Assembly: GCF_036365525.1 (NCBI RefSeq)
Contig: NC_090406.1
Span: 33,524,623-33,588,622 of the forward strand
Source of the DNA: Heterodontus francisci
Lineage: Eukaryota
Length of the DNA: 64,000 bases
Reading direction: 5' to 3'
Below are positions 1 to 12,150 of the stretch, piece after piece; the stretch's first letter is position 1, and every line of letters begins with the position of its first letter. The translations under genes and the position numbers were made by a program. A model generated the notes under the pieces. The model had not been told where the DNA came from. It worked only from the letters and a program-made list of their open reading frames with translations, and did not search any database.

Positions 1-117
1 TTTGGCTGTGGTGCTTTGTGGGGTCCTGCTGAAGAGAGATGTGTTTTTCACTAGATTAACAACTGAGCCAAGCTGATACATTCCTTCTTTCCTGATATTT
101 TCTTTGTATAACCTTAG

Positions 118-274
118 TTGTCAAAGGGAAAGGTAAAATGGGAGTTAAAGAGGCTTTGCAAGGTCCAGAGGTTTGTAAGGATCCTGTTATCCTGACCACA
201 CACGCAGTGGGAGTCAATATCTACAAACAAGGCCAAGACCCAGAGCTGCAACCAGACACCGAATACCCTGAATG
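118..274 (+). CDS. MRPL54: Mitochondrial ribosomal protein L54 (mL54), internal coding exon; exon 1 lies upstream of the window
   Basis: AG acceptor 116-117, GT donor 275-276. Translation (V)[52 protein letters not shown] resembles MRPL54 ([32 protein letters not shown]). Confidence 0.93.
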
Positions 275-529
275 GTCAGGTATTACCCCTCATGTGGATA
301 TTTTTTGTGTCCTGTTTCCTTCCTTTTAATTGCCCCTTGATTGGATGTGGGCTCTGATCTCTGGCTGTAGCAACAATTCCATGGGAGGTGGTGACTGTCC
401 TCTGATACGGAAGCCATCTATTGAGACTATCCATTGTTGTTAGCCCTGATAGCTCTATCTTTTTAATCCAATCTGTCTTTTTTCCGTATGGCTTAATACC
501 ATTACTTTCCAAGTATGTTTAACAGATTG

Positions 530-785
530 GGAATGGTAACATGGTGGTTGTGTTATAATCAAGAGGGCTGGACTAATGATCCAAAGATGTGAGTTCAGCA
601 TCCCCAGCCCCATGGTAGCTGGGAAATTTGATTTAAGTTCATTAAATAAACCTGCAATAAAAAGCTAGTATCAGTAATTGTGACCATGAAACTACCAAAT
701 TGTCGTAAAAACCCATCTGATTCACTAATGTCCTTTCGGGAAGGAAATCGGGCTTATATTTAACTCCATATCCAATGTGGCTAAC
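530..785 (+). mobile_element. tRNA-derived SINE (degenerate, 3' part missing)
   Basis: Shares AAAAGCTAGTATCAGTAAT..GACCATGAA..GTAAAAACCCAT..TTCACTA..GGAAGGAAAT with 61185-61275, and part of it with 26100-26150. Confidence 0.65.
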
Positions 786-837
786 TCTGAAATAAAAATA
801 GAAAATGCTGTCTGGCAGTTTCTGTAGAGAGGAGCAG

Positions 838-873
838 AGTTCACGTTTCAGGTGCATGACCTTTCATCAGAAC
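838..873 (-). ncRNA. Minimal hammerhead ribozyme motif (Penelope-associated), cleavage triplet GUG
   Basis: Minus strand reads GTT-CTGATGA-A-AGGT(CATGC)ACCT-GAAA-CGT-G-AAC. Confidence 0.6.
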
Positions 874-1170
874 AGGGAAAAGTTAGAAATGTAATCGGTT
901 TAAGCAAGTGAAATGGGAGAGGGTGGAAAAAGAACAAAAGGGAAGGTCTGTGATAGGGTGGACGGACAGGAGAGAGTAAATGGCAAAAGAGTTAATGGGG
1001 CAGGGCCAAATGGAGTGGTAATAGGACAAGTAAAGAAACAAAAGATGTGTCTAGAAGAGGTGTGAATAGCAGAATAATGAACAGCTGCTGTCTGAAAGCA
1101 AAAACAAGGGGGGAAGAAAGAGATTAAACCGACCACCTGCAAAGTAGAAGGAAACAAAATAGGGGCAGAG

Positions 1171-2735
1171 ATAGAACATAGAACAGTACAGGCCCTTCGG
1201 CCCACGATGTTGTGCCGAACCTTTAACTTACTCTAAGATCAAACTAACTACCTATCCTTCATTCTACTATCATCCATGTACCTATCCAAGAGTCGCTTAA
1301 ATGCCCCTAATGTATCTGCTTCTACTACTACCGCTGCAGCGCATTCCACGCACCCACCACTCTCTGTGTAAAGAACCTATCTCTGACATCTCCCCGAAAC
1401 CTTCCTCCAATCACCTTAAAATTATGCCCCCTGGTGATAGCCCTTTCCACCCTGGGAAAAAGTCTCTGGCTATCCACTCTATCTATGCCTCTCATCATCT
1501 GTACCCCTCTATCAAGTCACCTCTCATCCTTCTTCGCTCCAATGAGAAAAGCCCCAGCTCCCTCATTCTTTCTTCGTAGGACATGCCCTCCAGTCAAGGC
1601 AGCATCCTGGTAAATCTCCTCTGCACCCTCTCTAAAGCTTCCACATCCTTCCTATAATGAGGCGACCAGAACTGAACACAATATTCCAAGTGTGGTCGAA
1701 CCAGGGCCTTATAGAGCTGCAGCATAACCTCGCGGCTCTTAAACTCAGTCCCCCTGTTAATGAAAGCCAACACACACCATACGCCTTCTTGACAACCCTA
1801 TGAACTTGGGTGGCAATTTTGAGCGATCTATGGACATGGACCCCAAGATCCCTCTGTTCCTCCACACTACCAAGAATCCTGTCTTTAAGCCTGTATTCCG
1901 CATTCAAATTCGACCTTCCAAAATGAATCACTTCACACTTTTCCAGGTTGAACTCCATCTGCCACTTCTCAGCCCAGCTCTGCATCCTATCAATGTCCCG
2001 TTGCAACCTACAACAAGCTTCCACACTATCCACAACTCCAGCAACCTTCGTGTCATCGGCAAACTTGCTAACCCAGCCTTCCACTTCCTCATCCAAGTCA
2101 TTTATAAAAATCACAAAGAGCAGAGGTCCCAGAACAGATCCCTGCGGAACACCACTGGTCACCGAGCTCCAGGCTGAATACTTTCCATCTACTATCACCC
2201 TCTGTCTTCTATGGGCCAGCCAATTCTGTATCCAGACAGCCAACTTTCCCTGTATCCCGTGCCTCCTTACTTTCTGAATGAGCCCACCATGGGGAACCTT
2301 ATCAAACGCCTTGCTAAAATCCATATACACCACATCCACTGCTGTTCCTTCATCAACGTGTTTTGTCACATCGTCAAAGAATTCAATAAGGCTTGTGAGG
2401 CATGACCTGCCCCTCACAAAGCCATGCTGACTGTCTCTAATCAAACTATGCTTTTCCAAATAATCATAAATCCTGTCTCTCAGAATCCTCTCCAATAATT
2501 TGCTCACTACCGACGTAAGACTGACTGGTCTATAATTCCCAGGGTTATCCCTATTCCCTTTCTTGAACAAGCGAACAACATTTGCCACCCTCCAATCATC
2601 CGGCACTACTCCAGTGGACAGTGAAGACGCAAAGATCATCGCCAAAGGCACAGCAATCTCTTCCCTCGCTTCCCGTAATATCCTTGGGTATATCCCGTCT
2701 GGCCCCGGGGACTTATCTGTCCTCATATCATTCAA
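1171..2735 (-). mobile_element. CR1 LINE, 5'-truncated (RT domain plus 3' tail)
   Basis: ORF 1632-2735 has KSPGPDGI, NYRPVSLTS, QHGF, DFSKAFDKVPH, GVPQGSVLGP and FADD. Frameshift near 1780. Short-repeat tail (ATAGAAC)2 at 1171. Confidence 0.93.
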
Positions 2736-3344
2736 AATTGTTGAACTCAGTATTGAGTCCGGAAGTCTGTAGAGTGTCTAATCGAAAGATGAGGTGCTGT
2801 TCCTCGAGCTTGCCTTGAACTTCATTGGAACACTGCAGGAGGCTGAGGACAGAGAGGTCAGCGTGAGAGCAAGGTGGAGAATTAAAATGACAGGCAACCG
2901 AAGCTTGAGATCATGCTTGTGGACTGAGCAGAGGTGTTCCATAAAGCATTCACCCAATCTGCATTTGGTCTCCCCAGTCTAGAGCAGATTGCATTGTGAG
3001 CAGCGAGTACAGTATACTAAATTGAGAGAAGTACACTTAAATCACTTTCACCTGGAAGGAGTGTTTGGGTCCTTGGTAGTGAGGAGAGCGGAGGTAAAAG
3101 AGCAGGTGTTGCATCTCCTGTGATTGCATGGAAAGGTGCCATGGGAAGGGGAGGGGTGTGTTGGGGATGATTGAGGAGTTGACTAGAGTATTGTGGAGGG
3201 AACTGTCCCTTTGAAATGGCATAGTAAGCTACTTAGTTGTATGCAAGAAAACAGCTCACTTCCACCGTCTATAGGGTTATTAGGGATGTGGAATAAATGC
3301 TGGCCTTGCCAGCGACACCCACATCCCGTGATTGTAAGATTTTA

Positions 3345-4228
3345 CGGCAAAAAAATTGGGAAATTAAGCTGATGGATGCAATGAGGCTACAGAGGATATA
3401 GACAGAATGGGTGAATGGACAAGAACATGGCAAGTGTTAAAGTGTGAAGTTATCTACTTTGGTAGGAAAAATAAAAAAAGCAGAATACCTTTTGAATGAT
3501 GAGACACTGGAAAATGTTTGCATTCAGAGGGACATGGGTGTCTTTGTATATGAATCACAAAGTTAACCTGCAGGTACAGCAAGCAATTCGGAAGGCAAAT
3601 TCTTTGTTAGCTTTTGTTACAAAGTGATTGAAGTATAAGAGTAAAGAAGTCTTACTGCATTTACAAAGGTACTGGTAAGGCCATACATGGAGTACCATGC
3701 GCAGTTTTGGTCTGCTTACCTAAGGAAGGACATACTTGCCCTAGAGGGAGTGCAACCAAGGTTCATGGAACGGTTTCTGGGATGTGGTGATTGACCTATG
3801 AGGATAGATTGAGTAGTCTAGGCCTGTATTCCCTAGAGTTTAGAAGAATAAGTGGTGATCTAATTGAAACATATGAAATTCTTAAGGGACTTGACAGAGT
3901 AGATATGGAGAAAATATTTCCCCTGGCTGAGGAATCTAGAACACAGGTAACAGTCTCAGGATAAGGGTCGGCCATTTAGGACTGAGATGAGGAGAAATTT
4001 CTTCAATAAAAGTGTTGTGAATTTTTGGAGTTCTCTAGCCCAGAGAGCAGTGGATGCTCCATTGTTTAGTATATTAAAGACAGGGGCCGATAGATTTTTG
4101 GGTAATGAGGGAAGTTAGGAATAGTGCTGGAAGGTGGAGCTGAAGTAGAAGATCTGCCATGATCTTATTGAATGGCGGAGCAAGCTCAAAGGACCAAATG
4201 GCCTACTCCTGTTTCCTATGTTCATATG
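3345..4228 (+). mobile_element. Degraded CR1 LINE 3' fragment
   Basis: Degenerate KCEVI.FGRKN and LVRP.MEY..QFWS motifs; CR1-type tail GAATGGCGGAGCAAGCTC..AATGGCCTACTCCTG. Confidence 0.8.
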
Positions 4229-5023
4229 TGGATCTCCATCTCATTTAAGCACTTCAGCTGATTGGCCCACGTAAAGCAGCGATTTCCAGATTCTCTCAGC
4301 ACTTTACATACTTTTCTTGATTTTTAACTGGCTTAATTTGAATTCTGTCCCATTGTTGTAGGTACCCTTATAAGAAGGGCAAGTTGTCCCTGGCTACTTT
4401 GTCAGTTTGCCTCATTATTTTAAGCACCCCTCACTGTGCCCAAGTAGTATGAGTGTGGATATAATATGTCAGAATGTTGGGGCAGGGAATGGGATTCTGG
4501 TACTTTCTACACCCAATATCCACAGTATTCGCATTTCACCAGATATGATAGCCCAGTGGTTATGATATTGGACTAACAGCCTGGCTGCTGTGGGTTCAGA
4601 TCCCACCAGAGTAAGAGTGAAATTGAATGCAATATATCAGGTTAACCTTGAAAGCTGCTGATTGCTGCAAAAACCCAAATGGTTTGTTCATGTCTTTCAC
4701 ACATAGGAATTTGCCACCCCTAAATCTCATATGCACAGGATACTAGGACCATGACCCTGATCAGGAACAGATACCCAAGCTGGATTTTTTTTAAAATCTT
4801 GCCCCACAGAGATAAGTCTTTGTGCTGCCTGGCTGAGATCAGCTAATTCAGCAGGGATTTGGCTTGAGCACAGGTCTTGTTCTTGTGGTTCAGCTTCTCA
4901 CTGTGCAGTGTGCCTTCTACCCCACCAGAAGGAGCTCCTGAGCTGGAATTTGTTTATTGTGTAACTGGTTGCTTTGCACAGACCATACAAATGGATTTTT
5001 TTTAATAGGTGAATATCTTGTAG

Positions 5024-5156
5024 GTTGTTTACCCTGAACCTTGGACCCCCAAAGAGTTTGGATGAACTGGACCCAGAATCTTGGGAATACTGGAAAAGGA
5101 TAAGAAAACAGCACATGTGGCAACACAACAAAATTCGCAAAGGAAAGAAATTCTAG
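5024..5156 (+). CDS. MRPL54: MRPL54 last coding exon
   Basis: TAG acceptor 5021-5023. The phase-2 join TG|G gives [44 protein letters not shown], with stop TAG 5154-5156; this matches the MRPL54 C-terminus. Confidence 0.93.
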
Positions 5157-5397
5157 GAAAAGCTTATGGACAACGAGCCCCAAATAATCCATTTCCCCAA
5201 AATGACGACTGCAGTCTGAGGAGACAATTTGAATAGCAGCCGTCCCAGGCTACTTACACTTCAAACCAACAGCCAGTACACATGGCAGTGCTGTGAAGGG
5301 ATTGAATCTGGTTTCTTCAGCTGTATGTCATGTGACTCAGACAGTGCTACTCCGGGAAAGTGTGTTTAACATTTTCATTTGCTGGTGAATGATGCAA

Positions 5398-5403
5398 AAT
5401 AAA
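5398..5403 (+). terminator. Candidate polyadenylation signal of MRPL54
   Basis: First AATAAA seen after the stop codon (about 240 nt downstream), followed by a T-rich tract. Confidence 0.6.
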
Positions 5404-5464
5404 AATAGCAATTTTCTAAAATATTTTTTCTCTTATTTTCTCCCCATGACTCCCAAAGGCCCTG

Positions 5465-5690
5465 ACCCTCACGGGCGTGCAAGTTCTATGGGCTCTGGCC
5501 TTTACAAAGGTACATGTTCTATGGTCCCTGAAAATTGCTGGGAAACAAGGTCCACAGTCCCTCACCGTCGCTACGTTTTAAGTTCTACAGGCCATGATAG
5601 TTGCCGGGGTACGAGTTCTACAAGTCCTGACTCTTGCTGCGTTATGAGCTCTACGGTCCACGAAAGTTGCTGGGATGCAGGTTTTGCCAG
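5465..5690. repeat. Degenerate tandem repeat of about 32-33 bp (about 7 units)
   Basis: Recurring GTTCTA(T/C)-like cores at about 5483, 5516, 5582, 5614 and 5648. Confidence 0.55.
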
Positions 5691-7334
5691 CTGTTATAAA
5701 GATAGTATTGGCTATGCAATGAGTGGTCCCTTTGATTGAGAAATTGCTAATGTCACTCCATTATTTAAGAAGATTTGAAGAAACAAACTGGGAAATTATA
5801 GGCCTAATAGTCTCACATTTGTTGTGGGGTTTTTTACTGGAATCTGTCATTAGGAACAGAATGATTGAGCATTTGGACAAATTTGGTGTGGGAGAAATGG
5901 GTTTCGATTTATGGGGTACTGGCACCAGTACTGGGGAAAGAGGGAGCTGAACTGTTGGGATGGCCTTCACCTGAACTGCACAAACTTATAACTAGGGCGG
6001 TAGAGAGGGCTTTAAACTAAATAGTTGTCAGGGGAAGGTTCAGGTGAGGGGAAATTTAGAAAGTTAATGAGAAAGGCCAAGACAGTAGTGCAGGATTGCA
6101 ATACGGGTAATAACCCAGAGTGTGACAGGAAGGGATGGAGTGTACAAACATTAGTGCACCAGAAGATGTGGTCAGGGAAAAATGATAAGACAGAATTAAA
6201 GGCTCTTTATCTTACTGCACACAGCATTCGTAACAAGATGGATTAATTGATAGCACAAATAGGAATAAATGGGTATGGTATGATAACCATTACAGAGACA
6301 TGTTTGCAAAGTTACCAAGTCTGGGAAATAAATATTTAAGGGTATTTGATATTTAGGAAGGATAGGAAGAAAGGAAAAGGAGGTGGGGTAGCTCTGTTAA
6401 TAAAGGATGAGAGCAGTACAGTAGTGAGAAATGATCTTGGCTTGGAAGATCAAGATGTAGAATCAGTTTGGGTGGAGATAAGAAATGGTGGGAGTCGTTT
6501 ATAGGCCCCCTGACAGGAGCTACACTGTAGGACAGGATATAAATTAAGAAATAATGGGGGCTTGTAGGAAAGCAGTAGATGATTTTAATCTTCATATAGA
6601 TTGGACGAATCAAATGGCAAAAGGAGCCTGGTGGATGAGTTCATAGAGTGTATTAGGAACAGTTTCTTAGAACAATTATGTTTTAGAACCAAACCGGGAG
6701 CAGGCTATTTTAGACCTGGTAATGTGTAATGAGACAAGATTAATAAATGACCTCATAGTAAAGTAGCCTCTCGGCATGAGTGATCATATGATAGAATTTC
6801 ACATTGTTTGAAGAAATGACAGGGACTTTGAACGAGTATTTCGTATCTGTCTTCACAGTAGAAGACATAAAAAGCATCCCAAGAATAGCAGAAAATCAAG
6901 AGGCAAAAGGGAGGAAGTTAAAACAATCACGATCACAAGAGAAAAGGTGCTAGGAAAACTAATGGGGCTACTGACAAGTCTGGAACTGATGGCCTGCATT
7001 CTCAGGTCTTAAAGGAAGTGACTGCAGAGATAGTGGATGCATTGGATGTAATCTTCCAAAGTTCCCTAACTTCTGGAAAGGTCCCAGTGGATTGGAAAAC
7101 TGCAAATGTAGCACCTCTGTTCAAGAAAGGGGGCGACAGAAAGCAGCAAATTAAAGGCCAGTTAGCCTAACATTTGTCATTGGGAAAATGCTAAAATCCA
7201 TTATTAAGAAAGTAGTAGTAGTAGGACATTTAGAAAACCATAATGCAATCAGGCAAAGTCAACATGGTTTTATTTTTCTCCAAGGGGAGTGAAGAAAGGA
7301 ATACAACCATCAAGGGACATCAGTAAAGCAGCTG

Positions 7335-7640
7335 TTCATTATTCTGCCTTTAACACTCTTTCTGGACAAATGCTTTCTCTTTACACCTATTTTCCATTTA
7401 TTCCATGACATCTTTGTCATTTAATCTCTCCTGCCCTCTGCCCTATCAGAGACCTTCCCTTTTGTTCTTTCTCCTCTCCCCACCCCCTTTCACTTGCTCA
7501 AAGCATATTAACATTTCTAACCTTTTCCAGTTCTGATGAAAGGTCACAGACCTGAAATGTTAACTCTGTTTCTCCACAGATGCTGCCATTTTCTGTTTTT
7601 ATTTCAGATTTCCAGCATCTACAGCATTTTGCTTTTATTA
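7335..7640 (+). mobile_element. Penelope-like element terminal fragment
   Basis: Reverse-complement similarity to 787-1100; contains CTGATGA..GAAA and ends TTTTTATTTCAGATTTCCAGCATCT. Confidence 0.7.
7528..7566 (+). ncRNA. Minimal type-I hammerhead ribozyme motif (Penelope-associated)
   Basis: AGTT-CTGATGA-A-AGGTC(ACA)GACCT-GAAA-TGT-T-AACT: both core boxes, 5-bp stem II, stem I AGTT/AACT. The stem III palindrome ACGT appears decayed to ATGT. Confidence 0.65.
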
Positions 7641-9869
7641 TAGGGATGATGGGTATATACTCAAATTGGGGAAAGGGGGAGGGGGTGCTGGTGGTGTGAC
7701 TGGTGGTGTCTCCCAGAGGTCTGTACTGGGACTCAGCTTTTCACTATATTTATTATTTGGATGAAGGAATAGGGAGCCTTAAATCCAAGTTTGCTGATGA
7801 CAGCAAGTGAGGTTGTGCAGTAAATATGTAAATAGAAAGTTGCACAGGGACATTGATAGATTGAGTGGGTAAAAATGGCAGATAAAGTTCCATGTGGGAA
7901 AATGTGAAGCCATCCAACTTTGGACCTAAGAAAGATAGATCAGAGTACTTTCTAAATGGTGAAGAGCGAGGAACTGTAGAGAGGTTTAAGGGTCCAAGTA
8001 CAGAAATCAATAAAAGCTAGTGGGTGGGTACAAAAACCTAATTGGAAAGGCTGATGGAATGTTGACCTTTGTTTCAAAGGGACTAGAATACAAAGGGGTG
8101 GAAGATACGTGAGTAACATGGGGAGACCCCATTTAGAGTGCTGTATTCAATCTGGGTATCACACTACAGGAAGAATAGATTAGCCTTGGAGGGGTGCAAC
8201 CCAGACTTGCCTGAATGTTACCTGGGCTAAAATAGTTAAATTATGAAAACATGTTGCATAGAGTATGCTAGTATTCCCTTGAGTATAGATTAACGGGTGA
8301 TCTGATTAAGATGTTTCAGCTGATTAAAGGTGTTAATGCGGTAGATAGAAACTATTTCCTCTGGCATAGGAGTCCAGAACAAGAGGGCATAACCTTGAAA
8401 TTCGAACCAGGCCATTTAGGGGTGATGGCAAGAAGCAAAGTGTACTGGAGATCTGGAACGCTCCCCTAAAAAAGTTGTTGAGGTTAGGAATCCATTGAAT
8501 ATTTCAAAATTGAGATTGATAGATTTTTGTTAGACAAGGGTATTGAAGGTTATGGAACCAAGGTGGATAGATAGAGTTGAGATACCGAATAGCCATGATA
8601 TAATTGAATGGTAGAATGGGCTCGAGGGGCTGAATGGGCCTACATTCCAATACCCTAGCCTGTCAAACCATTAATCATTCCTTCCACTTCATACTATTCG
8701 CCAAGGGGAGTGAAGAAAGGAAAACAACAACCATCAAGGGACACCAGTAAAGCAGCTCAACTGAAGCATAAATGAGAACAGAAAATGAGTTCTCACACAC
8801 ACAACAATGAGACTGCACCCACACTGCAGAACACGGCTGGTCTACTGTGACATTTCTACTTCCTGCACCATCTAGTGTGCAGAGTTGTTCAGTTAGTTTT
8901 GAATTATGGAATATTTCTCTACTAGGGTGTGGTCCATGGGGTTGGACATTTCATGCAGGCCACCTCCGACTGGTGGAAGAGGGACACTAAGCTTATCTAA
9001 ACTGCAGTTGAACGCAGATCCCAGCAGAGGATCAGCTTTGTTTAATGGATCAGCTAAATTAGATCAGTTTGAATGAATTTGCCTGGGTGGTTTTATTTTT
9101 AATTTTAAAAAAGTAATTTCATCAGACCTTTTCAGAAGACCAATGCTACTGCTTTCCAATTACAGTGCACAACAACCTGCAATATTTGCAGAAAACATCC
9201 CATGTTGCTGGGGAGAGGGAAGGGAAACATCGGCAAAAGGAATAAAGCAATGGATGGTGTGATGTGAGAGTGTCACATTTTGAGATTTTTGCCTGATGGT
9301 ATTTTGGATTAATTCATATACTGATGTTGCTATGAGGTTAATTTGAGTCACGGGGAATCAACCCCTGGGAACACAGAAGCCATCTGGGAGGTTGATTAGG
9401 CCCATTAGCTGGGTCTGTTGTAGACTAATTGATAAGAGATTGATTGCTATGGTTCATTATCATTGTATCATGTGACTACCAGGGCATTAGAAGACAAGCT
9501 AGATAGAATATATAGCACAGAAACAGGCCATCTGGCCCAAATAGTCCGAGCTGGTGTTTTTCTACCACCTGAGTCTCCTGCCATTCCATCTGCCTCATCT
9601 CAGCCTTTTAGCATTTCGTTCTATTCACTTGTTTAGTTTCATTTTGAAGGCATCTAAGCCATTTGCTCAACCACTTGCTAAAGCAGCAAGATGGGCCTAG
9701 GTCTTTTTTTTCTAGCAATTCATATGTTCCTATTCGCTGGAGTATCAGAAAGGGGTCAACAATGACATTTCTTGCATTATAGGACAGTGAAATTCCTCTG
9801 ACGCTGACTAGTGGTACCAGCATCTGTAATGTTAAAATGGTTCGCAATTACTGAGTCTAAGCATATTTA

Positions 9870-10270
9870 TTGCAGGTGAGAAATTTGTAATAGAATTAGG
9901 AGAGGTGACCGAAAGGATGATTTTTGTGATGGCTTTTGAAGATGGAGAAGTGGATGGGTTTTAGTCGGGAGCAAGCTGAAGTGCAAGAAGGGAAGGGAAT
10001 GCACTGAAGGGTGTGGGACGAGATAGAAGGCTGAAGGAGGTTGGAGGGACAAGGTGAGGTGCGGCCATGAAGCGTTTTTGAAGGCGAAGATGAGGAATTT
10101 AAATTCATTGCGTTGTGAGGGGGAAGGAACCAATTTGGTCAGCCAGGATGAGAGTGAGCAAGATTTTGTGTAGGATAGGATCCAGGTAGCTGAGTTTTGA
10201 ACAAGGTGGGAATTCATGGAAGCTAGAGGATGAGAACCCAACAGAGAGGTTCTAGTAGAAGTGGGGGTGG
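9870..10270 (-). mobile_element. Old L2 LINE 3' fragment
   Basis: Minus-strand translation LVQNSATWILSYTK..EFKFLIFAFK resembles the L2 ORF2 C-terminus at 57457-57792. Confidence 0.55.
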
Positions 10271-11399
10271 GTGATAAGTGGTCTTGCGGATATGAGTGGC
10301 TTACATTTGTGGTTGTTGATAGCACCCTCACCTCTGTGACAGAAGGGTGTGGTTTCAAAAATCCTCCAGGATTTGAGCACATAATCTGGGCTGATGCTTC
10401 AGTGCAGAACAGAGTGAATCTCTATTTCAGTAGTCATGCTCAGTGGTTTTCTATCACCATTGATCTCCTTAAACTCCTCTTCCCTGTACTCCTTAAACTC
10501 CTGTACACATACTCCATCCTCATCTTTTCCAACTTCCTTATACCACCCACATTCCCCATCTCTCTATCAGTCAATGCCCTATAGCCGCTAGAAATGCTGC
10601 CCCTGACAAGTTGCCGATAAGCACACTTTCAAACTCCCAAATGTCTAGATACCTCTGCAGCTGTTGATTTGATCAACTACTCTTTAACCTCTATTTTTGA
10701 TAGCTTCATCCCCACCAAAGCCTTCACTGTCTCTGTTGGTATGGCCTCCATCTCTACTCCAGGCCAAGGTGCACAAACTTGAGAATATCTAGCACATAAC
10801 TGCCTTTGTCACCTATTGCCAGCTCTACATTAAGCTCTACAAGTCTTGCTCTGCTCTGCCAAAATTGCCAATTAAGATTATACTGGAGGACAAAAGAACC
10901 GCAGACTCCTTTTCCCTATCACTACAGGTCTCCTTAACCGCCCCATCTCCCCTGTCTTCTCCATCCATATCTCGGGCAACAGTGCAAGAAACTTGTAGAT
11001 TTCTCCGTCACCAAGATAGAGATATCTGTACAGCTGCATCCCTCACTCACTCCCTAAGCTTAACTACTCCAGTGCCAATGTTTCCTCTAAATTCTGTTTG
11101 CTGTGTGTGGCCTACTTGTACTGTGCAGTCCTTGATGGTCTGCTGCACATGCGTGCATCTTAAAGGAAACATTACTTGTGTGTGGCCTGTTTGTCCCCTG
11201 TGCATTATGCTGCCGATTGCTGCATAGCCCTGCCTCGTGCAGCTTGGAGGGACATTCCAAAGTACATCCCTACTCTTTCCCTCCCTTGACCCCACTCCCA
11301 TGGAAGTCGTCTGGCCCCATGCTAGCTGATACTATAAGTGCAGATGACACAAAACCTGGAAATATTATGAACTGTAAGGAAGATAGCGATCGACTTTCA

Positions 11400-11685
11400 A
11401 GAGCCAAGGCTCCTTCGACAGGACCTTCCAAGATGGACAAGGCAAGGAGATGCCTGGGGGCACCATCACCTGTAACCTTCCCTTCAAGTCACTCGCCATC
11501 CTGACTGGAACTATATCACTATTCCTTCACTGTCACTGGGTCAAACTCCTGGAACTCCCTAACAGCACTGTGGGTGTACCGACACCAACTGGACTGCAGC
11601 AGTTCAAGAAGATGGCTCACCACCACTTTCTCAAGGGCAATTATGGATGGGCAATAAATGCTTACATCCGAAGAATGAATAAAAA
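11400..11685 (+). mobile_element. 3' end of the CR1/Jockey-group LINE family also seen at 41815-42320 and 62400-62882
   Basis: Shared CACCATCACCTG..CCATCCTGACTGGAACTAT..TTCAAGAAG..GCTCACCACCAC..AAGGGCAATT..AAATGCT tail. Confidence 0.7.
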
Positions 11686-11689
11686 GAGG

Positions 11690-12150
11690 ACATAGATAGG
11701 CTGGTGTAATGGGTAGACACGTAGCAGGTGAAATTTAATGCAGAGCAGTGTAAAGTGATACGTTTTGGTAGGAAAGGCAATATAATTATAGAGGATACAA
11801 TTCTAAAGGGAGTGCAGGAGAGAGGGACCTGATGGTATATGTGCACAAGTCGTTGGAGGTGGGAGGACAGGTTGAGAAAGCAGTTAATAAGGTATATAAA
11901 TAGAGGCATGGAGTACAAAAGCAAGGAAGTTATGGTGAACCTTTATAAAATACTGGCTTGGCCTCAACTGGAAACTTGTGTCCAATTCTGGGCACCGCAC
12001 GTTCGGAAGGAGGTGAAGAAATTAAAGAGGGTGCAGAAAAGATTTACGCAAATGGCTCCAGGGACAAGAGACTTCAGTTATGAGAACCGATTGGTGAAGC
12101 TGGGGCTGTTCACCTAAGAGAATAGAAGATTAAGAAGAGATTTGATAGTT
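11690..12150 (+). mobile_element. CR1 LINE fragment
   Basis: INRGMEYKSKEVMVNLYK..CVQFWAPH..RVQKRFT. Confidence 0.75.

Larger units (their letters stand above)
787..3225 (-). mobile_element. Penelope-like element fragment (GIY-YIG endonuclease region plus terminal sequence), split by a CR1 insertion at 1171-2735
   Basis: Minus strand 2900-3222 gives degenerate FQRDSSLHNTLV..QGPKHSFQVK and a LVYCTRCSQCNLL-like GIY-YIG stretch. 787-1170 matches the terminal sequence also seen at 22600-22900, 51215-51480 and (opposite strand) 7335-7640. Confidence 0.75.
5860..8660 (+). mobile_element. Degraded CR1 LINE (end of ORF1, APE endonuclease, RT, 3' end), interrupted at about 7280-7640
   Basis: LKALYLTAHSIRNK (APE start), DGLHSQVLKE, QHGF, and later GVSQRSVLG and KFADD remnants; many stops and frameshifts. 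Confidence 0.8.

Noticed and set aside
1800-2818. Plus-strand ORFs overlapping CR1 (also 14299-15518 and 37088-38045 antisense)
   Set aside because: Antisense shadows of LINE RT coding sequence.
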